Source: Candidatus Rokuibacteriota bacterium | GTDB taxonomy: Bacteria > Methylomirabilota > Methylomirabilia > Rokubacteriales > CSP1-6 | Direction of reading: 5' to 3' | DNA length: 64,000 nucleotides | NCBI GenBank assembly: GCA_003220495.1 | Contig: QHSP01000016.1 | Coordinates: 87,831 to 151,830, forward strand | In this document: positions 9,394-18,173 of the stretch, piece after piece | Position numbering within the stretch: position 1 is the stretch's first letter | How the letters are laid out: every line of letters starts with the position of its first letter | The notes under the pieces: model-generated | Told to the model about the DNA's origin: nothing | What the model saw: the letters and a program-made list of their open reading frames with translations, nothing else | Databases searched by the model: none | Made by a program: the position numbers and the translations under genes

Positions 9394-9411
9394 CTCACGG
9401 AAGGGCCGGGG

Positions 9412-10089
9412 CTACTCCACGAGCGCGATGGCGCGCACCGGTGAGCCGTCCGCGCCTTCGAGCTTCAGCGGCAGCGCCATGAACCGGCAGCGCGCGGCGC
9501 CGATCTGGTCGAGGTTGGTCAGGTACTCGATCACGGTGATCCCGACCGGGAAGAAGATCGCGTGGGTCGTGTACTCCGAGCGGCCCGGACGCCGTCGCGG
9601 CTCGGCGATCGTGTCGCGGATGCAGTGGTCGGGCGGATAGTCGTAGCCGACGGCCTTGGCGCCTCTTGTGACGAGCCACTCGCAGGCGCTCGGGCCGGTC
9701 CACGGAGCGTCCTTCCAGAACTGCTCCTTGTCGACGCCCATGCGCCGGGGCCAGTCGGTGCGCAGCAGCACGATGTCGCCACGCCGCACGTGCGCGGCGT
9801 GGCGCTCGAGGTCCGCGGCCGTGACCTCGCCGTTGGCGCCGAGGTGCGTGAGATCGACCACGGCCGCGTCACCCACCCACTGATCCACCGGCATCGAAGC
9901 CATGTCGCGCCCGTCGACCAGGTAGTGGAGCGGCGCATCGACGTGCGTGTAGGCGTGGCAGCTGATCGTCAGCACCGTGCTCTGCAGCGGATGGCCGGTG
10001 GTGTGCGCGGCCACGAGCTCGGGCGCGACCTTCCAGCGAAAGTGCGGCCGGATCGGGAAGCTCAGGTCGACGAGGCGCACGACCGTCAC
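9412..10089 (-). CDS. Cyclase family protein (kynurenine formamidase-like metal hydrolase fold)
   Basis: VTVVRLVDLSFPIRPHFRWKVAPELVAAHTTGHPLQSTVLTISCHAYTHVDAPLHY... GTG at 10089 overlaps the methyltransferase stop (GTGA). The 375-aa ORF listed in the track is an extension. Confidence 0.75.
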   Translation of the reverse strand: MTVVRLVDLSFPIRPHFRWKVAPELVAAHTTGHPLQSTVLTISCHAYTHVDAPLHYLVDGRDMASMPVDQWVGDAAVVDLTHLGANGEVTAADLERHAAHVRRGDIVLLRTDWPRRMGVDKEQFWKDAPWTGPSACEWLVTRGAKAVGYDYPPDHCIRDTIAEPRRRPGRSEYTTHAIFFPVGITVIEYLTNLDQIGAARCRFMALPLKLEGADGSPVRAIALVE

Positions 10090-10862
10090 CGCGCCGCGAC
10101 GAGCACCGAGACCGGGAAGCCGTAGCGGAGCTGCCCGTTCTCGAGCCTCGGCTGGATGTCGAGCGCGTCGTCGGCGAGCGCGGCGCGGAAGATCTCGCGG
10201 ATCTTCTCGTCGTCGCCGGGGTGGGGGAACGACCGCCCGATCAGCGACTCGAGCTCGCCCTCGAGCCGATACGACGTCACGCGCGGCTCGGCCAGGCCGA
10301 TCGTGGCGTAGAGCTGACGGTGCTCGTCGACGGGTAGGGAGCGCACGTGCGAGGGGTCGCGCAGGCGCTCCATCCGATTGAACGCGTCGGCGCGCCTGGG
10401 CTCCGGCGTGCTGTCGACGACGACGACCCGACCGCCGGGCGCGGCGACGCGCTTCATCTCGCGCAGCACCGCCAGGGGATCGAGAAAGTGGTGGAAGGCG
10501 AAGCGCGAGGTCACGATCGAGAACGACGCATCGGGCCACGGCAGCGGGAGCACGTCGCCCTGGCGCCAGGTCACGTTCGTCAGGGCGAGCTCAGCGGCGT
10601 GAGCGCGCGCGCGCTCGAGCATGGCCGGCGTGATGTCGATGCCGGTCGCATGGCGAACGACGCGCGCGAACGCGGCGACGACGAGGCCGGGCCCGCACGC
10701 CACGTCCAGCACGGTGTCCTCGGGGCCGGCGCCGCTGCACTCGACGATCAGCCGTAGCGCCGCCTCGTCGCGGATGCCCGGCGCGGTGGCGAATGGGGTC
10801 GCCTGGCGCGTGAACTGGTCGAGGATCTCGTGCTGGTGCTCAGAGGGTCTGCTTGTAGGCAT
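10086..10862 (-). CDS. Class I SAM-dependent methyltransferase
   Basis: 258 aa; VLDVACGPGLVVAAF is the motif-I glycine-rich loop, with the Methyltransf_11-type fold following. Confidence 0.85.
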   Translation of the reverse strand: MPTSRPSEHQHEILDQFTRQATPFATAPGIRDEAALRLIVECSGAGPEDTVLDVACGPGLVVAAFARVVRHATGIDITPAMLERARAHAAELALTNVTWRQGDVLPLPWPDASFSIVTSRFAFHHFLDPLAVLREMKRVAAPGGRVVVVDSTPEPRRADAFNRMERLRDPSHVRSLPVDEHRQLYATIGLAEPRVTSYRLEGELESLIGRSFPHPGDDEKIREIFRAALADDALDIQPRLENGQLRYGFPVSVLVAAR

Positions 10863-12075
10863 GACCGCCTTTCATGATCAGCTTCAGGTTCTCCTGCGTC
10901 TGGAACACCCGAAGATTCCGGAGCGGGTCGCCGGCGACGACGATCAGGTCCGCGTACTTGCCCGGCTCGACGGTGCCGATCCGGTCCGACATGCGGAAGA
11001 GCGCGGCGTTGACCTGGGTGGCCGACAGCAGCACCTCCATCGGCTTCATCACCTGCGCCTTCAGCTCGAACTCGACCGCCCGCTGCACCATCATGTCGCC
11101 CAGGAGATCGGAGCCGGAGCCGATCTGACAACCGGCCCGGTAGGCGTAGGTCAGGCCCTGGACGGATTGCTCGCGCGCCAGATTGATCTTCTGGATCTGG
11201 TGATCGCCGATGCCGTAGCGCTTGCCCTCGCGGTAGATCATCTCGTAGGTGATCATCGTCGGCACCAGGAACGCGCCCGCGTCCTTGATCGCCTTCGCGG
11301 CGGCCTCGCGGATGAGGTTGCCGTGCTCGATCGAGCGCACGCCCGCCTCGATCGCGTTGCGCACCGCGGTGTCCGAATAGGCGTGGGCCAGGACGTATTT
11401 GCCGACGGCGCGCGCTTCCTCGGCGGCCGCGCGCATCTCGCCGATCGTGAATTGCGTCGTATCGAGCTCGTCGGCCGGCGACATCGCGCCGCCGGAGGCC
11501 ATGATCTTGATCTGGTCGACGTCGCGCCGCAGCTGCTCGCGAACCGCCTTGCGCACCTCGGCCTCGCCGTCGGCGATCGAGCCGATCATGCCGATGCAGC
11601 AATCGATCGGCGCGACCCACTCCGAGCGCCGGCGCTTGTCGCCGTGGCCCCCGGTTTGAGAAATGTAGTTGCCCGACACGAGCATCCGCGGCCCGGGGTA
11701 GATTCCCTCGTTGATAGCTTCGCGGAATCCGTAGTCGGCGCCGCCGGCGTCGCGCACCGTCGTGAACCCCTGCATGAGGCACTCTTCGGCCCGGCGGAGC
11801 GCCTTCGCGGCCAGGAGGCTCGGCGGCAGATAGCGATGCTGGTCGGTGATGTTGCCCTCGACCGCGCAGATGTGCACGTGGGCGTCGGTGAGCCCGGGCA
11901 TCAAGGTCGCGCCCCGGCAGTCGAGGGTCGTCACGGGCCCGGGGAGCGGGCCGACCTTTCCCTTCGGCAGGACGTCCTTGATGCGCTCGTCCTCGACGAC
12001 GACCGCGGCACCCGGCATCGGCTCCGCGCCCGTGCAGTCGATCAGAACCGCGTTCGTGAACACCGTCAGGCTCAT
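10840..12075 (-). CDS. Amidohydrolase family protein (metal-dependent hydrolase)
   Basis: MSLTVFTNAVLIDCTGAEP...LMPGLTDAHVHI... is the amidohydrolase fold (HxH metal site). ATG at 12073-12075 overlaps the yfbR stop (ATGA). The 611-aa ORF in the track is an extension. Confidence 0.85.
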   Translation of the reverse strand: MSLTVFTNAVLIDCTGAEPMPGAAVVVEDERIKDVLPKGKVGPLPGPVTTLDCRGATLMPGLTDAHVHICAVEGNITDQHRYLPPSLLAAKALRRAEECLMQGFTTVRDAGGADYGFREAINEGIYPGPRMLVSGNYISQTGGHGDKRRRSEWVAPIDCCIGMIGSIADGEAEVRKAVREQLRRDVDQIKIMASGGAMSPADELDTTQFTIGEMRAAAEEARAVGKYVLAHAYSDTAVRNAIEAGVRSIEHGNLIREAAAKAIKDAGAFLVPTMITYEMIYREGKRYGIGDHQIQKINLAREQSVQGLTYAYRAGCQIGSGSDLLGDMMVQRAVEFELKAQVMKPMEVLLSATQVNAALFRMSDRIGTVEPGKYADLIVVAGDPLRNLRVFQTQENLKLIMKGGHAYKQTL

Positions 12076-12659
12076 CAGTTGAGCTCGTCCAGGGTGAGCC
12101 GGAAGCTCGGGACGAACGTGTCCAGGAAATAGCGCACCTCCGGAAGGTCGAGCCCCTCGACGCTCGCCCGCAGACTCTTCTCCGCCTGCGCGAACTCCGG
12201 GTTGCCCGCCCCGGTCTCCTCGAGGCACTTGAGGTACGCGCAAAGCTTGTCGGCCGCTCGCACCAGCATGCGATGCGTGTGATCGCGCGGGTCGGGTCGG
12301 AAGAACGGCTCGTAGCCCGGCTTCAGCGGATCCGGGATCAGTCCGAAGAGCTTCTCCTTCGACGCCGCCTCGAGCGCGTGGTAGGCGCGATGGATCTCGG
12401 GGTTGAACTCCTTGACCGGCGACGGAAGATCGCCGGTCAACACCTCGCTCGTGTCGTGGTAGAGCGCCAGGGTCGCCGCGCGCTCGGGGCTCAGGTCGCC
12501 GCCGAAGAGCCGGTTGCGGATGATCGCGAGGGCGTGGGCGATCTGCGCCACGCGCAGGCTGTGCTCCTGGATGTTCTCGGGATACGTGCTGTGCATGAGG
12601 CCCCAGCGGCGGATGAACTTCATCCGCGAGAGATACGCGAAGAAATGGCTCGTGGACAT
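12075..12659 (-). CDS. yfbR: 5'-deoxynucleotidase YfbR (HD domain)
   Basis: MSTSHFFAYLSRMKFIRRWGLMHSTYPENIQEHSLRVAQIAHALAII...YHDTSEVLTGDLP...ADKLCAYLKCLEE is co-linear with E. coli YfbR. Confidence 0.85.
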   Translation of the reverse strand: MSTSHFFAYLSRMKFIRRWGLMHSTYPENIQEHSLRVAQIAHALAIIRNRLFGGDLSPERAATLALYHDTSEVLTGDLPSPVKEFNPEIHRAYHALEAASKEKLFGLIPDPLKPGYEPFFRPDPRDHTHRMLVRAADKLCAYLKCLEETGAGNPEFAQAEKSLRASVEGLDLPEVRYFLDTFVPSFRLTLDELN

Positions 12660-12714
12660 CGCCGCGAGCATACACGACCCGGCGAGGGCTGTGCTATGCG
12701 AGCGGGTACACCCG

Positions 12715-13239
12715 CTAGCAGGCGCGCTCGGGAACCCAGTAGGGCTGGTAGTAACCCCAGGTGTACCCGCGCGGCTCGTAGTGCCCCTCGACCCACAGGG
12801 CGTCGTAGTTGTAGTAGCCCGGGACCCACACGTTCGAGACGTAGCTCTGAGGCACCCAGGCGTAGGCCCAATAGCCGGGGACGACACAGATCTGCGGCGC
12901 GGCGAGATACACCGGCTGCGTGATCACGACGACCGGCACCGGTGAACGGTGGACGATGTTCGGCTGCTGCCGCGGGTCGAGATTCTGCTGTCGTCGGTCG
13001 AGATTCTGCTGCCGTGGGTCGGGATACTGCTGCCGTGGGTCGGGATACTGCTGCCGCGGATCGGGATACTGCTGCCGCGGGTCGCGCGCGATGTCGCCCC
13101 GGAACATCGCGTTCTGCGGGAACTGGCCCGGCGGGATGTCGCCGCCGCTATTGACCGTGATCTTCACACCGGTTGCGCCGGCGCCGCCCGGAATTCCGGC
13201 AACCAGGACGGCCAGCAGCAGGACGGCTACGCTCTTCAC
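12715..13239 (-). CDS. Secreted repeat protein: signal peptide, DPRQQYP heptad tandem repeats, and a C-terminal aromatic WVPGYY-type (YXWGXW-like) repeat region
   Basis: VKSVAVLLLAVLVAGIPGGAGA is a signal peptide. This is followed by PRQQYPD three times and PRQQNLD twice, then ...YWAYAWVPQSYVSNVWVPGYYNYDALWVEGHYEPRGYTWGYYQPYWVPERAC. GTG start. Confidence 0.7.
   Translation of the reverse strand: MKSVAVLLLAVLVAGIPGGAGATGVKITVNSGGDIPPGQFPQNAMFRGDIARDPRQQYPDPRQQYPDPRQQYPDPRQQNLDRRQQNLDPRQQPNIVHRSPVPVVVITQPVYLAAPQICVVPGYWAYAWVPQSYVSNVWVPGYYNYDALWVEGHYEPRGYTWGYYQPYWVPERAC
12955..13084. repeat. 21-bp tandem repeat, about 6 copies, in-frame coding
   Basis: The units gtcgagattctgctgtcgtcg, gtcgagattctgctgccgtgg, gtcgggatactgctgccgtgg, gtcgggatactgctgccgcgg and atcgggatactgctgccgcgg encode the DPRQQYP repeats on the minus strand. 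Confidence 0.85.
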
Positions 13240-13295
13240 GTCGACGACTCCTCTCTACACTCTATACGGTTCGACTCGCGGGGACGGGTTTCCAT

Positions 13296-14018
13296 TTACC
13301 TCGAGGCGATGCGCGCCTGGATTTGGGCCCACACGAGCTCGGCCCACCGAGCATAGCCGACATCGGATGGATGATAGCCATCGGCCCCGATGAGCTCCGG
13401 TCTGACCGGAACCTCGCGCTGGCTGGCGCCGTAGAGATCGACCAGTTCGGCGCCGTGGGCTCGGCTCCGCCGTTCGAGCGCCTCGTTGAAGAGCACGGTT
13501 TGCCGGCCGACCGTCTCTCGCTCGCGATGCGAGCGGAAGCGCGGGGTCACCACCAGGTCGGGAATCAAGTTCACGACCGCGACCGCCGGCGTCTCGTCCC
13601 GGAGGCGCGCGAGAATCGTGTCCAGATTCCGCTCGTACGTCGTGAGCGGGACGCGCGTGGTGATGTCGTTTGGCCCGATCGAGAGCGTCACCAGGTGAGG
13701 ACGTAATTCAATCGCGCGGTCGAGCTGGCGCCGGAGCACGTCGGTGGACGTCGCGCCGCCCGCGCCCAGATTGACGACGCGCGCCGTCGGATAGACGACC
13801 CGCAGCCGCTCGTGCAGCTGGCTGACGTAGTTGTGGTCGGGGCTCGAGGCCCCGACGCCTTCGACCGTGCTGTCGCCGAGGGCGACGTACCGGACCGGGG
13901 CGTCGCGGTCGGCGGGCAGTGTCCGAGCTCCGTCGGCGGGCAGTGTCCGAGCGTGTTGCGGTCGATCGGTCGCGCACGCCGTCGCGAGCAGCACGGCGAG
14001 CACGGTGACGCGCGTCAC
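13296..14018 (-). CDS. SGNH/GDSL hydrolase family lipoprotein
   Basis: VTRVTVLAVLLATAC is a lipobox. ...RYVALGDSTVEGVGAS... is the GDS block, and DGYHP is block V. GTG at 14018 overlaps the upstream stop (GTGA). Confidence 0.8.
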   Translation of the reverse strand: MTRVTVLAVLLATACATDRPQHARTLPADGARTLPADRDAPVRYVALGDSTVEGVGASSPDHNYVSQLHERLRVVYPTARVVNLGAGGATSTDVLRRQLDRAIELRPHLVTLSIGPNDITTRVPLTTYERNLDTILARLRDETPAVAVVNLIPDLVVTPRFRSHRERETVGRQTVLFNEALERRSRAHGAELVDLYGASQREVPVRPELIGADGYHPSDVGYARWAELVWAQIQARIASR

Positions 14019-14974
14019 CAGTGCGCGGCTTCCTCGAGGGTGCGGCGATACCACGGCGCGTCGGGGACGGTGATTGGACGGATCGCGGGCAGGGTCACCC
14101 CGGCCTCGCGATACGCGCCGACGAAGGCCTGTCCGGCGGCGGGCTTGCCGACGGCGCCGACCGCGCGCGTCAGCCCCTCCGCCACTTCGCCGTTCCGGTC
14201 GAAGGCCGCGAGCTCCTTGCCGAGGCCGCTCGCCTCGAGCATGGCGCGATAGAACGGTAAGGTGAGATAGCGCGCGAGCTCTCCGCGGAACGCGGCGAGG
14301 GCGCCGGGCGTATCGTCCGAGATCGCCAGCGGCACCGCCGCGACGATCTCGAACCCAGCCAGGGTCTTGCCGGCCCGCGCGCGGCCCCGGCCGAGCGCCG
14401 GCACCGCGACGTCTCGGACGTAGTCGGGCGAGCAGAGCCAGAGGACCGCGCCGTCCGCGATCTCGCCGGCCAGCTCCAGCATCTTCCTGGACAACGCGGC
14501 GAGATAGATCGGCGGCGTCGGGGGGCGCTCGGGAATCGCGAGGGTCCAGTTGACCTTGTAGTGCCGGCCGTCGAACGCGGCGGTTCCGCCGAGGGCGCCA
14601 CGCAGGACGGCGACGTACTCCCGTGTCACGGCGAGCGGCTCGCGCAGGGTCAGACCGAGCGAGGCTTCCATGCTGACCCGGTGGCTGACGCCGATGCCGA
14701 GCCTGAACCGCCCGCCGCTCAGCTCCGAAAGCGTGAGCGCCGCCTGGGCCATCGCGACCGGGTGCCGCGGGTAGATCGGGACGACTCCGTTGCCGAGCCC
14801 GAGCCGCGTCGTCGCGGCGCCGTAGGCGGCGAGCACGACGAACGAATCGCGCCCGGAGCCGTGCGTCACCCACACGCTGTCATAGCCCAGCGCTTCGGCG
14901 CGGCGCGCGAGGTCGACACCGCCCGCGAGGTCGCGCCCGGGATTCAGAAAGGCCGCGCGCCGGAGCGTCGCCAT
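14015..14974 (-). CDS. LLM class flavin-dependent oxidoreductase (luciferase-like, F420/FMN-dependent)
   Basis: 319 aa; ...LGYDSVWVTHG...GRFRLGIGVSH... is the luciferase-like monooxygenase fold. Confidence 0.85.
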   Translation of the reverse strand: MATLRRAAFLNPGRDLAGGVDLARRAEALGYDSVWVTHGSGRDSFVVLAAYGAATTRLGLGNGVVPIYPRHPVAMAQAALTLSELSGGRFRLGIGVSHRVSMEASLGLTLREPLAVTREYVAVLRGALGGTAAFDGRHYKVNWTLAIPERPPTPPIYLAALSRKMLELAGEIADGAVLWLCSPDYVRDVAVPALGRGRARAGKTLAGFEIVAAVPLAISDDTPGALAAFRGELARYLTLPFYRAMLEASGLGKELAAFDRNGEVAEGLTRAVGAVGKPAAGQAFVGAYREAGVTLPAIRPITVPDAPWYRRTLEEAAHW

Positions 14975-14975
14975 G

Positions 14976-15248
14976 TCAGTCCCGGATCCACGACTCGGCG
15001 AGCGGGATCGGCGCCCGGCGCGTCCGGGCGCGGAGCGGGATCACGTTCGCGGTTCGCGCCCCGCTGGGCGCCAGCCGCAGGAGCCCTTCGACTTCCGCCC
15101 GACGGTAGAGCCGCTGGCGCTTGATGCCCTGGCGGTAGCTCCGGAGCACCCCACGGCTCACGTAGGCATAGAGCGTTGCCGGCTTCACGCCGAGCAGGCG
15201 CGTCGCCTCCTTGACCGTCAGGTACTCCTCACCGTTCACGCTGATCAC
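14976..15248 (-). CDS. Helix-turn-helix DNA-binding protein (excisionase/MerR-type HTH_17)
   Basis: 90 aa; EEYLTVKEATRLLGVKPATLYAYVSRGVL is a canonical HTH. GTG start. Divergent from the citrate synthase gene. Confidence 0.7.
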   Translation of the reverse strand: MISVNGEEYLTVKEATRLLGVKPATLYAYVSRGVLRSYRQGIKRQRLYRRAEVEGLLRLAPSGARTANVIPLRARTRRAPIPLAESWIRD

Positions 15249-15310
15249 GGCTCGTAGGCCTCCGACGCTAGCAGGACCGGCCGGTCTCGTCCAGGGTGGT
15301 TGGCCGAGTC

Positions 15311-15345
15311 AATCTAAATCAAGTATAATCAATATTGATCAACTG
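15311..15345. promoter_or_regulatory. AT-rich island with overlapping palindromes and ATCAA direct repeats; candidate promoter or operator
   Basis: aatctaaatcaagtataatcaatattgatcaactg. TATAAT lies at 15324-15329. Perfect palindromes ATCAATATTGAT (15328-15339) and TTGATCAA (15335-15342), and four ATCAA repeats. It lies between the divergent HTH gene and citrate synthase. Confidence 0.45.
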
Positions 15346-15356
15346 ACGCAGTGGTC

Positions 15357-15408
15357 GTGCGCGCTGCAGGCCGTCGCGGGGCCGGGGCCCCGCCGGCCGA
15401 GGCGCGCT
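15357..15408. repeat. GC-rich palindromic intergenic repeat, copy B
   Basis: gtgcgcgctgcaggccgtcgcggggccggggccccgccggccgaggcgcgc. It directly precedes the citrate synthase ribosome-binding site (aaggagg). Confidence 0.5.
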
Positions 15409-15426
15409 CCAATCAAGGAGGCGACG

Positions 15427-16620
15427 ATGGAGACGGCGTGGAAGGCGGGGCTCGAGGACGTCATCGCGGCGCGGTCGGGGATCTGTCAGGTCGATGGCGA
15501 GCGCGGGAGGCTCTACTACCGGGGCTACGAGATCGCCGAGCTCGCCGGCGCGCTCTCGTTCGAGGACGTGACGGCGCTCCTCTGGCGCGGCGAGCTACCC
15601 TCCGCCGCCGAGTCCGCGGCGTTCGTCTCGCGGCTCGAGGCGGCGCGCGGGCTCCCTCCGGCCGTCGGCGACCTGCTCCAGACCCTGCCGCGCGACGCGC
15701 ACCCGCTCGACGCCCTTCGCACCGCTGTCTCGCTCGCCGCGACGCGTGATCCAGACGTGCGCTCGAACGAGCCCGAGGCCAATCTGCGCAAGGCGGTTCG
15801 CCTCATGACCCTGGTGCCGGAGACGGTGGCCGCCTGGCAGCGGATCCGCACCGGCCGGGCGCCCGTGACGGCGCCGGGCGCCGCATCGCACGCGGCCTAC
15901 TTCCTGGAGCTCCTGGAGGGAAGGGCGCCGTCGCGCGAGGTCGCACGGGTTCTGGACCTGGTGCTGACCCTGCACGCCGACCACGAGCTCAACGCCTCGA
16001 CGTTCGCGGTGCGGGTCGGCGTCGCGACCCTCACCGACCTGCACGCGGCCATCGCGGCGGCGGTCGCGACCCTGAAAGGGCCGCGCCACGGCGGCGCCAA
16101 CGAGGACGTGCTGGCAATGCTCCTCGAGATCGGCGAGCCCGCGCGCGCCGAGAGCTACGTCGAGGCGCGCCTCGGGGCGCGGTCCGGGCTGTCCAAGCAC
16201 GAGCGTAGCGACCCGCGCGTGCGGGTGCCCGGCTTCGGTCATCGCGTCTACAAGGTGGACGACGCGCGGGCGCGCGTGCTTCGCGGCATGGCCAAGTCGA
16301 TGGCGGAAGCGACCGGCCGGCAGAAGCTCTTCGAGGTGGCCGAGCGCGTCTACGACGCGATGCGCGCCCGGACGGCCTTGCCGGTGAACGTCGACTTCTT
16401 CTCGGCCGTGGTCTACGACGCGCTCGGCATCCCGCCGGATTTCTGCACCTCGATCTTCGCGGTCGGACGGGTCGCGGGCTGGTGCGCCCACGCGCTCGAG
16501 CAGTACGCCGACAATCGACTCATCAGGCCGCGCGCCGACTACATCGGCGCGGCGCCCCGGCCGCTCGTCGATCAGCGGCGGAGGATGGAGACCTCCATGG
16601 CGTCGTCGCCGAAGTCGTAG
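15427..16620 (+). CDS. Citrate synthase family protein (citrate or 2-methylcitrate synthase)
   Basis: METAWKAGLEDVIAARSGICQVDGERGRLYYRGYEIAEL...GPRHGGANE...HRVYK... carries the citrate synthase catalytic motifs. AAGGAGG ribosome-binding site 6 nt upstream of the ATG. Confidence 0.88.
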   Translation: METAWKAGLEDVIAARSGICQVDGERGRLYYRGYEIAELAGALSFEDVTALLWRGELPSAAESAAFVSRLEAARGLPPAVGDLLQTLPRDAHPLDALRTAVSLAATRDPDVRSNEPEANLRKAVRLMTLVPETVAAWQRIRTGRAPVTAPGAASHAAYFLELLEGRAPSREVARVLDLVLTLHADHELNASTFAVRVGVATLTDLHAAIAAAVATLKGPRHGGANEDVLAMLLEIGEPARAESYVEARLGARSGLSKHERSDPRVRVPGFGHRVYKVDDARARVLRGMAKSMAEATGRQKLFEVAERVYDAMRARTALPVNVDFFSAVVYDALGIPPDFCTSIFAVGRVAGWCAHALEQYADNRLIRPRADYIGAAPRPLVDQRRRMETSMASSPKS

Positions 16621-17129
16621 TCGCGGCTGTCGTAGCGGCCGCCGGTCCGCACGTATTCGAGATACGGCGCCACCTCGCGGCGCGCGATGCCGGTGTTGTC
16701 GGCGACGACGACCGCCCCGGGGACCAGCTTGGGCTCGAGCTGCCGGAGGTAGTCGAGGTAGTCCTCCTTCTCGGCGTCGATGAACGCGAAGTCGAAGCGG
16801 CCGGGAAGGAGCGGGATCACGCGCAGCGCGTCGCCGGCGATCACTTTCACACGGCGGGCCAGGCCGGCTTCGGCGGCGTTCGCCCGAACGAGGTAGGCCA
16901 GGAAGGGATTCGCCTCGATACAGGTGAGCCGCCCCCGCGGCGGCATCGAGCCGGCGATCAGGATCGCCGAGTAGCCGAGCAGCGAGCCGAGCTCGAGCGC
17001 GCGCGTGGGCCGATGGCGATCGAGGAGCCGGCGGAGGACACGGCCCTTGGCCCGTCCGACGATCGGGATGTGCCAATAGGTCGTGGCGCGATCCATCAGC
17101 GCCAGCATCCGGCGCGCCTGCTTCGTCAC
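16572..17129 (-). CDS. Class I SAM-dependent O-methyltransferase (family-3 OMT-like)
   Basis: ...ALELGSLLGYSAILIAG...VKVIAGDALRVIP...FDFAFIDAEKEDY... GTG at 17129 overlaps the HMG-CoA lyase stop (GTGA). An alternative ATG lies at 17108. There is a 49-nt convergent overlap with citrate synthase. Confidence 0.72.
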   Translation of the reverse strand: MTKQARRMLALMDRATTYWHIPIVGRAKGRVLRRLLDRHRPTRALELGSLLGYSAILIAGSMPPRGRLTCIEANPFLAYLVRANAAEAGLARRVKVIAGDALRVIPLLPGRFDFAFIDAEKEDYLDYLRQLEPKLVPGAVVVADNTGIARREVAPYLEYVRTGGRYDSRDYDFGDDAMEVSILRR

Positions 17130-18079
17130 GCGCGCGCGACTGGGACGCGCCCGGCGACGGTGTCCGGCACCGGATAGCGTCGCGTGGATTTTCCCGCCTT
17201 CACGATCTGCCCGGGCAGCGTACGGCCGACGATCTCCTGGACCCGCCGCGAGACCGCGATCAGCCGGTCGAGGTCGATCCCGGTCTCGACCCCCATCGCG
17301 GCGAGACAGTGCACCAGATCCTCGCTGCAGACGTTGCCCGAGGCGCCCGGCGCGAACGGGCAGCCACCCAGGCCGCCGATCGAGCCGTCGAGGTTCGCGA
17401 CGCCGTACTCCATGGCGGCCAGGATGTTCGGAATCGCCATCGCACGCGTGTCGTGCGTGTGCAGCGTCCACTCGACCCCCGGGAACTTCGGCGCGAGGTG
17501 CTCGAGCGCGCGCGCGACCTGACGGGGGTTCGCCATCCCCGTGGTGTCGGCCAGGCCGACGGCGCGCGCGCCCATGTCGGTCAGACGTCGCACCACGCTT
17601 TCGAGCTGGGCGAGCGGAACGTCGCCCTCGAAGGGACAGCCGAACGACGTGGAGATCCCGCAGCTCACCGGCACCTTCGCGCGCTCGGCCACCTGCATGA
17701 CGGCCCGCAGCTTCTCCATCGACTCGGCGATGGTCATGTTCACGTTGGCGAGGTTGTGGCTCTCGCTAGCCGAGACGACCGTGTGGATGGCGTCGACGCC
17801 GGCGTCGACCGCGCGCACCGCGCCCTTGTCGTTGGGCACGAGCGCGGCGTAGCGCGTGCCCGGACGGCGCGCGATGCGCGCCATGACCTGCTCGGCGTCG
17901 CGCAGCTGCGGGACGACCTTCGGGTGCACGAACGAGGTCACCTCGATCCGGGGAACACCCGCCTCCGACAGGAGATTCACCACCTCGATCTTCTGCTCGG
18001 TGGGAATGAAGTCGGGCTCGATCTGGAACCCGTCCCGGGTCCCCACTTCACAAATCGTGACACGCGCCGGCAGCTTCAT
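17126..18079 (-). CDS. Hydroxymethylglutaryl-CoA lyase family protein
   Basis: MKLPARVTICEVGTRDGFQIEPDFIPTEQKIEVVNLLSEAGVPRIEVTSFVHPKVVPQ... is the HMGL-like TIM barrel. GGAGG 6 nt upstream of ATG 18077-18079 (complement). The 383-aa ORF in the track is an extension. Confidence 0.85.
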   Translation of the reverse strand: MKLPARVTICEVGTRDGFQIEPDFIPTEQKIEVVNLLSEAGVPRIEVTSFVHPKVVPQLRDAEQVMARIARRPGTRYAALVPNDKGAVRAVDAGVDAIHTVVSASESHNLANVNMTIAESMEKLRAVMQVAERAKVPVSCGISTSFGCPFEGDVPLAQLESVVRRLTDMGARAVGLADTTGMANPRQVARALEHLAPKFPGVEWTLHTHDTRAMAIPNILAAMEYGVANLDGSIGGLGGCPFAPGASGNVCSEDLVHCLAAMGVETGIDLDRLIAVSRRVQEIVGRTLPGQIVKAGKSTRRYPVPDTVAGRVPVARA

Positions 18080-18173
18080 GGCATCCTCCAGGCCTCCGGG
18101 GTGTGCAAACTGTAGCACGGCGCACGGCGAACCGATCGAGCCGCGGCCGGCATCGTAGAGAGAGGAGGTCCCG

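Noticed and set aside
10840-12675. 611-aa ORF as one gene
   Set aside because: The N-terminal 200 aa are R/P/G-rich and overlap yfbR. The amidohydrolase begins at ATG 12075 (MSLTVF...).
12955-13084. Possible CRISPR array (regular 21-bp repeats)
   Set aside because: The units are contiguous with no spacers, lie in-frame inside a coding sequence, and encode a peptide repeat. There are no cas genes.
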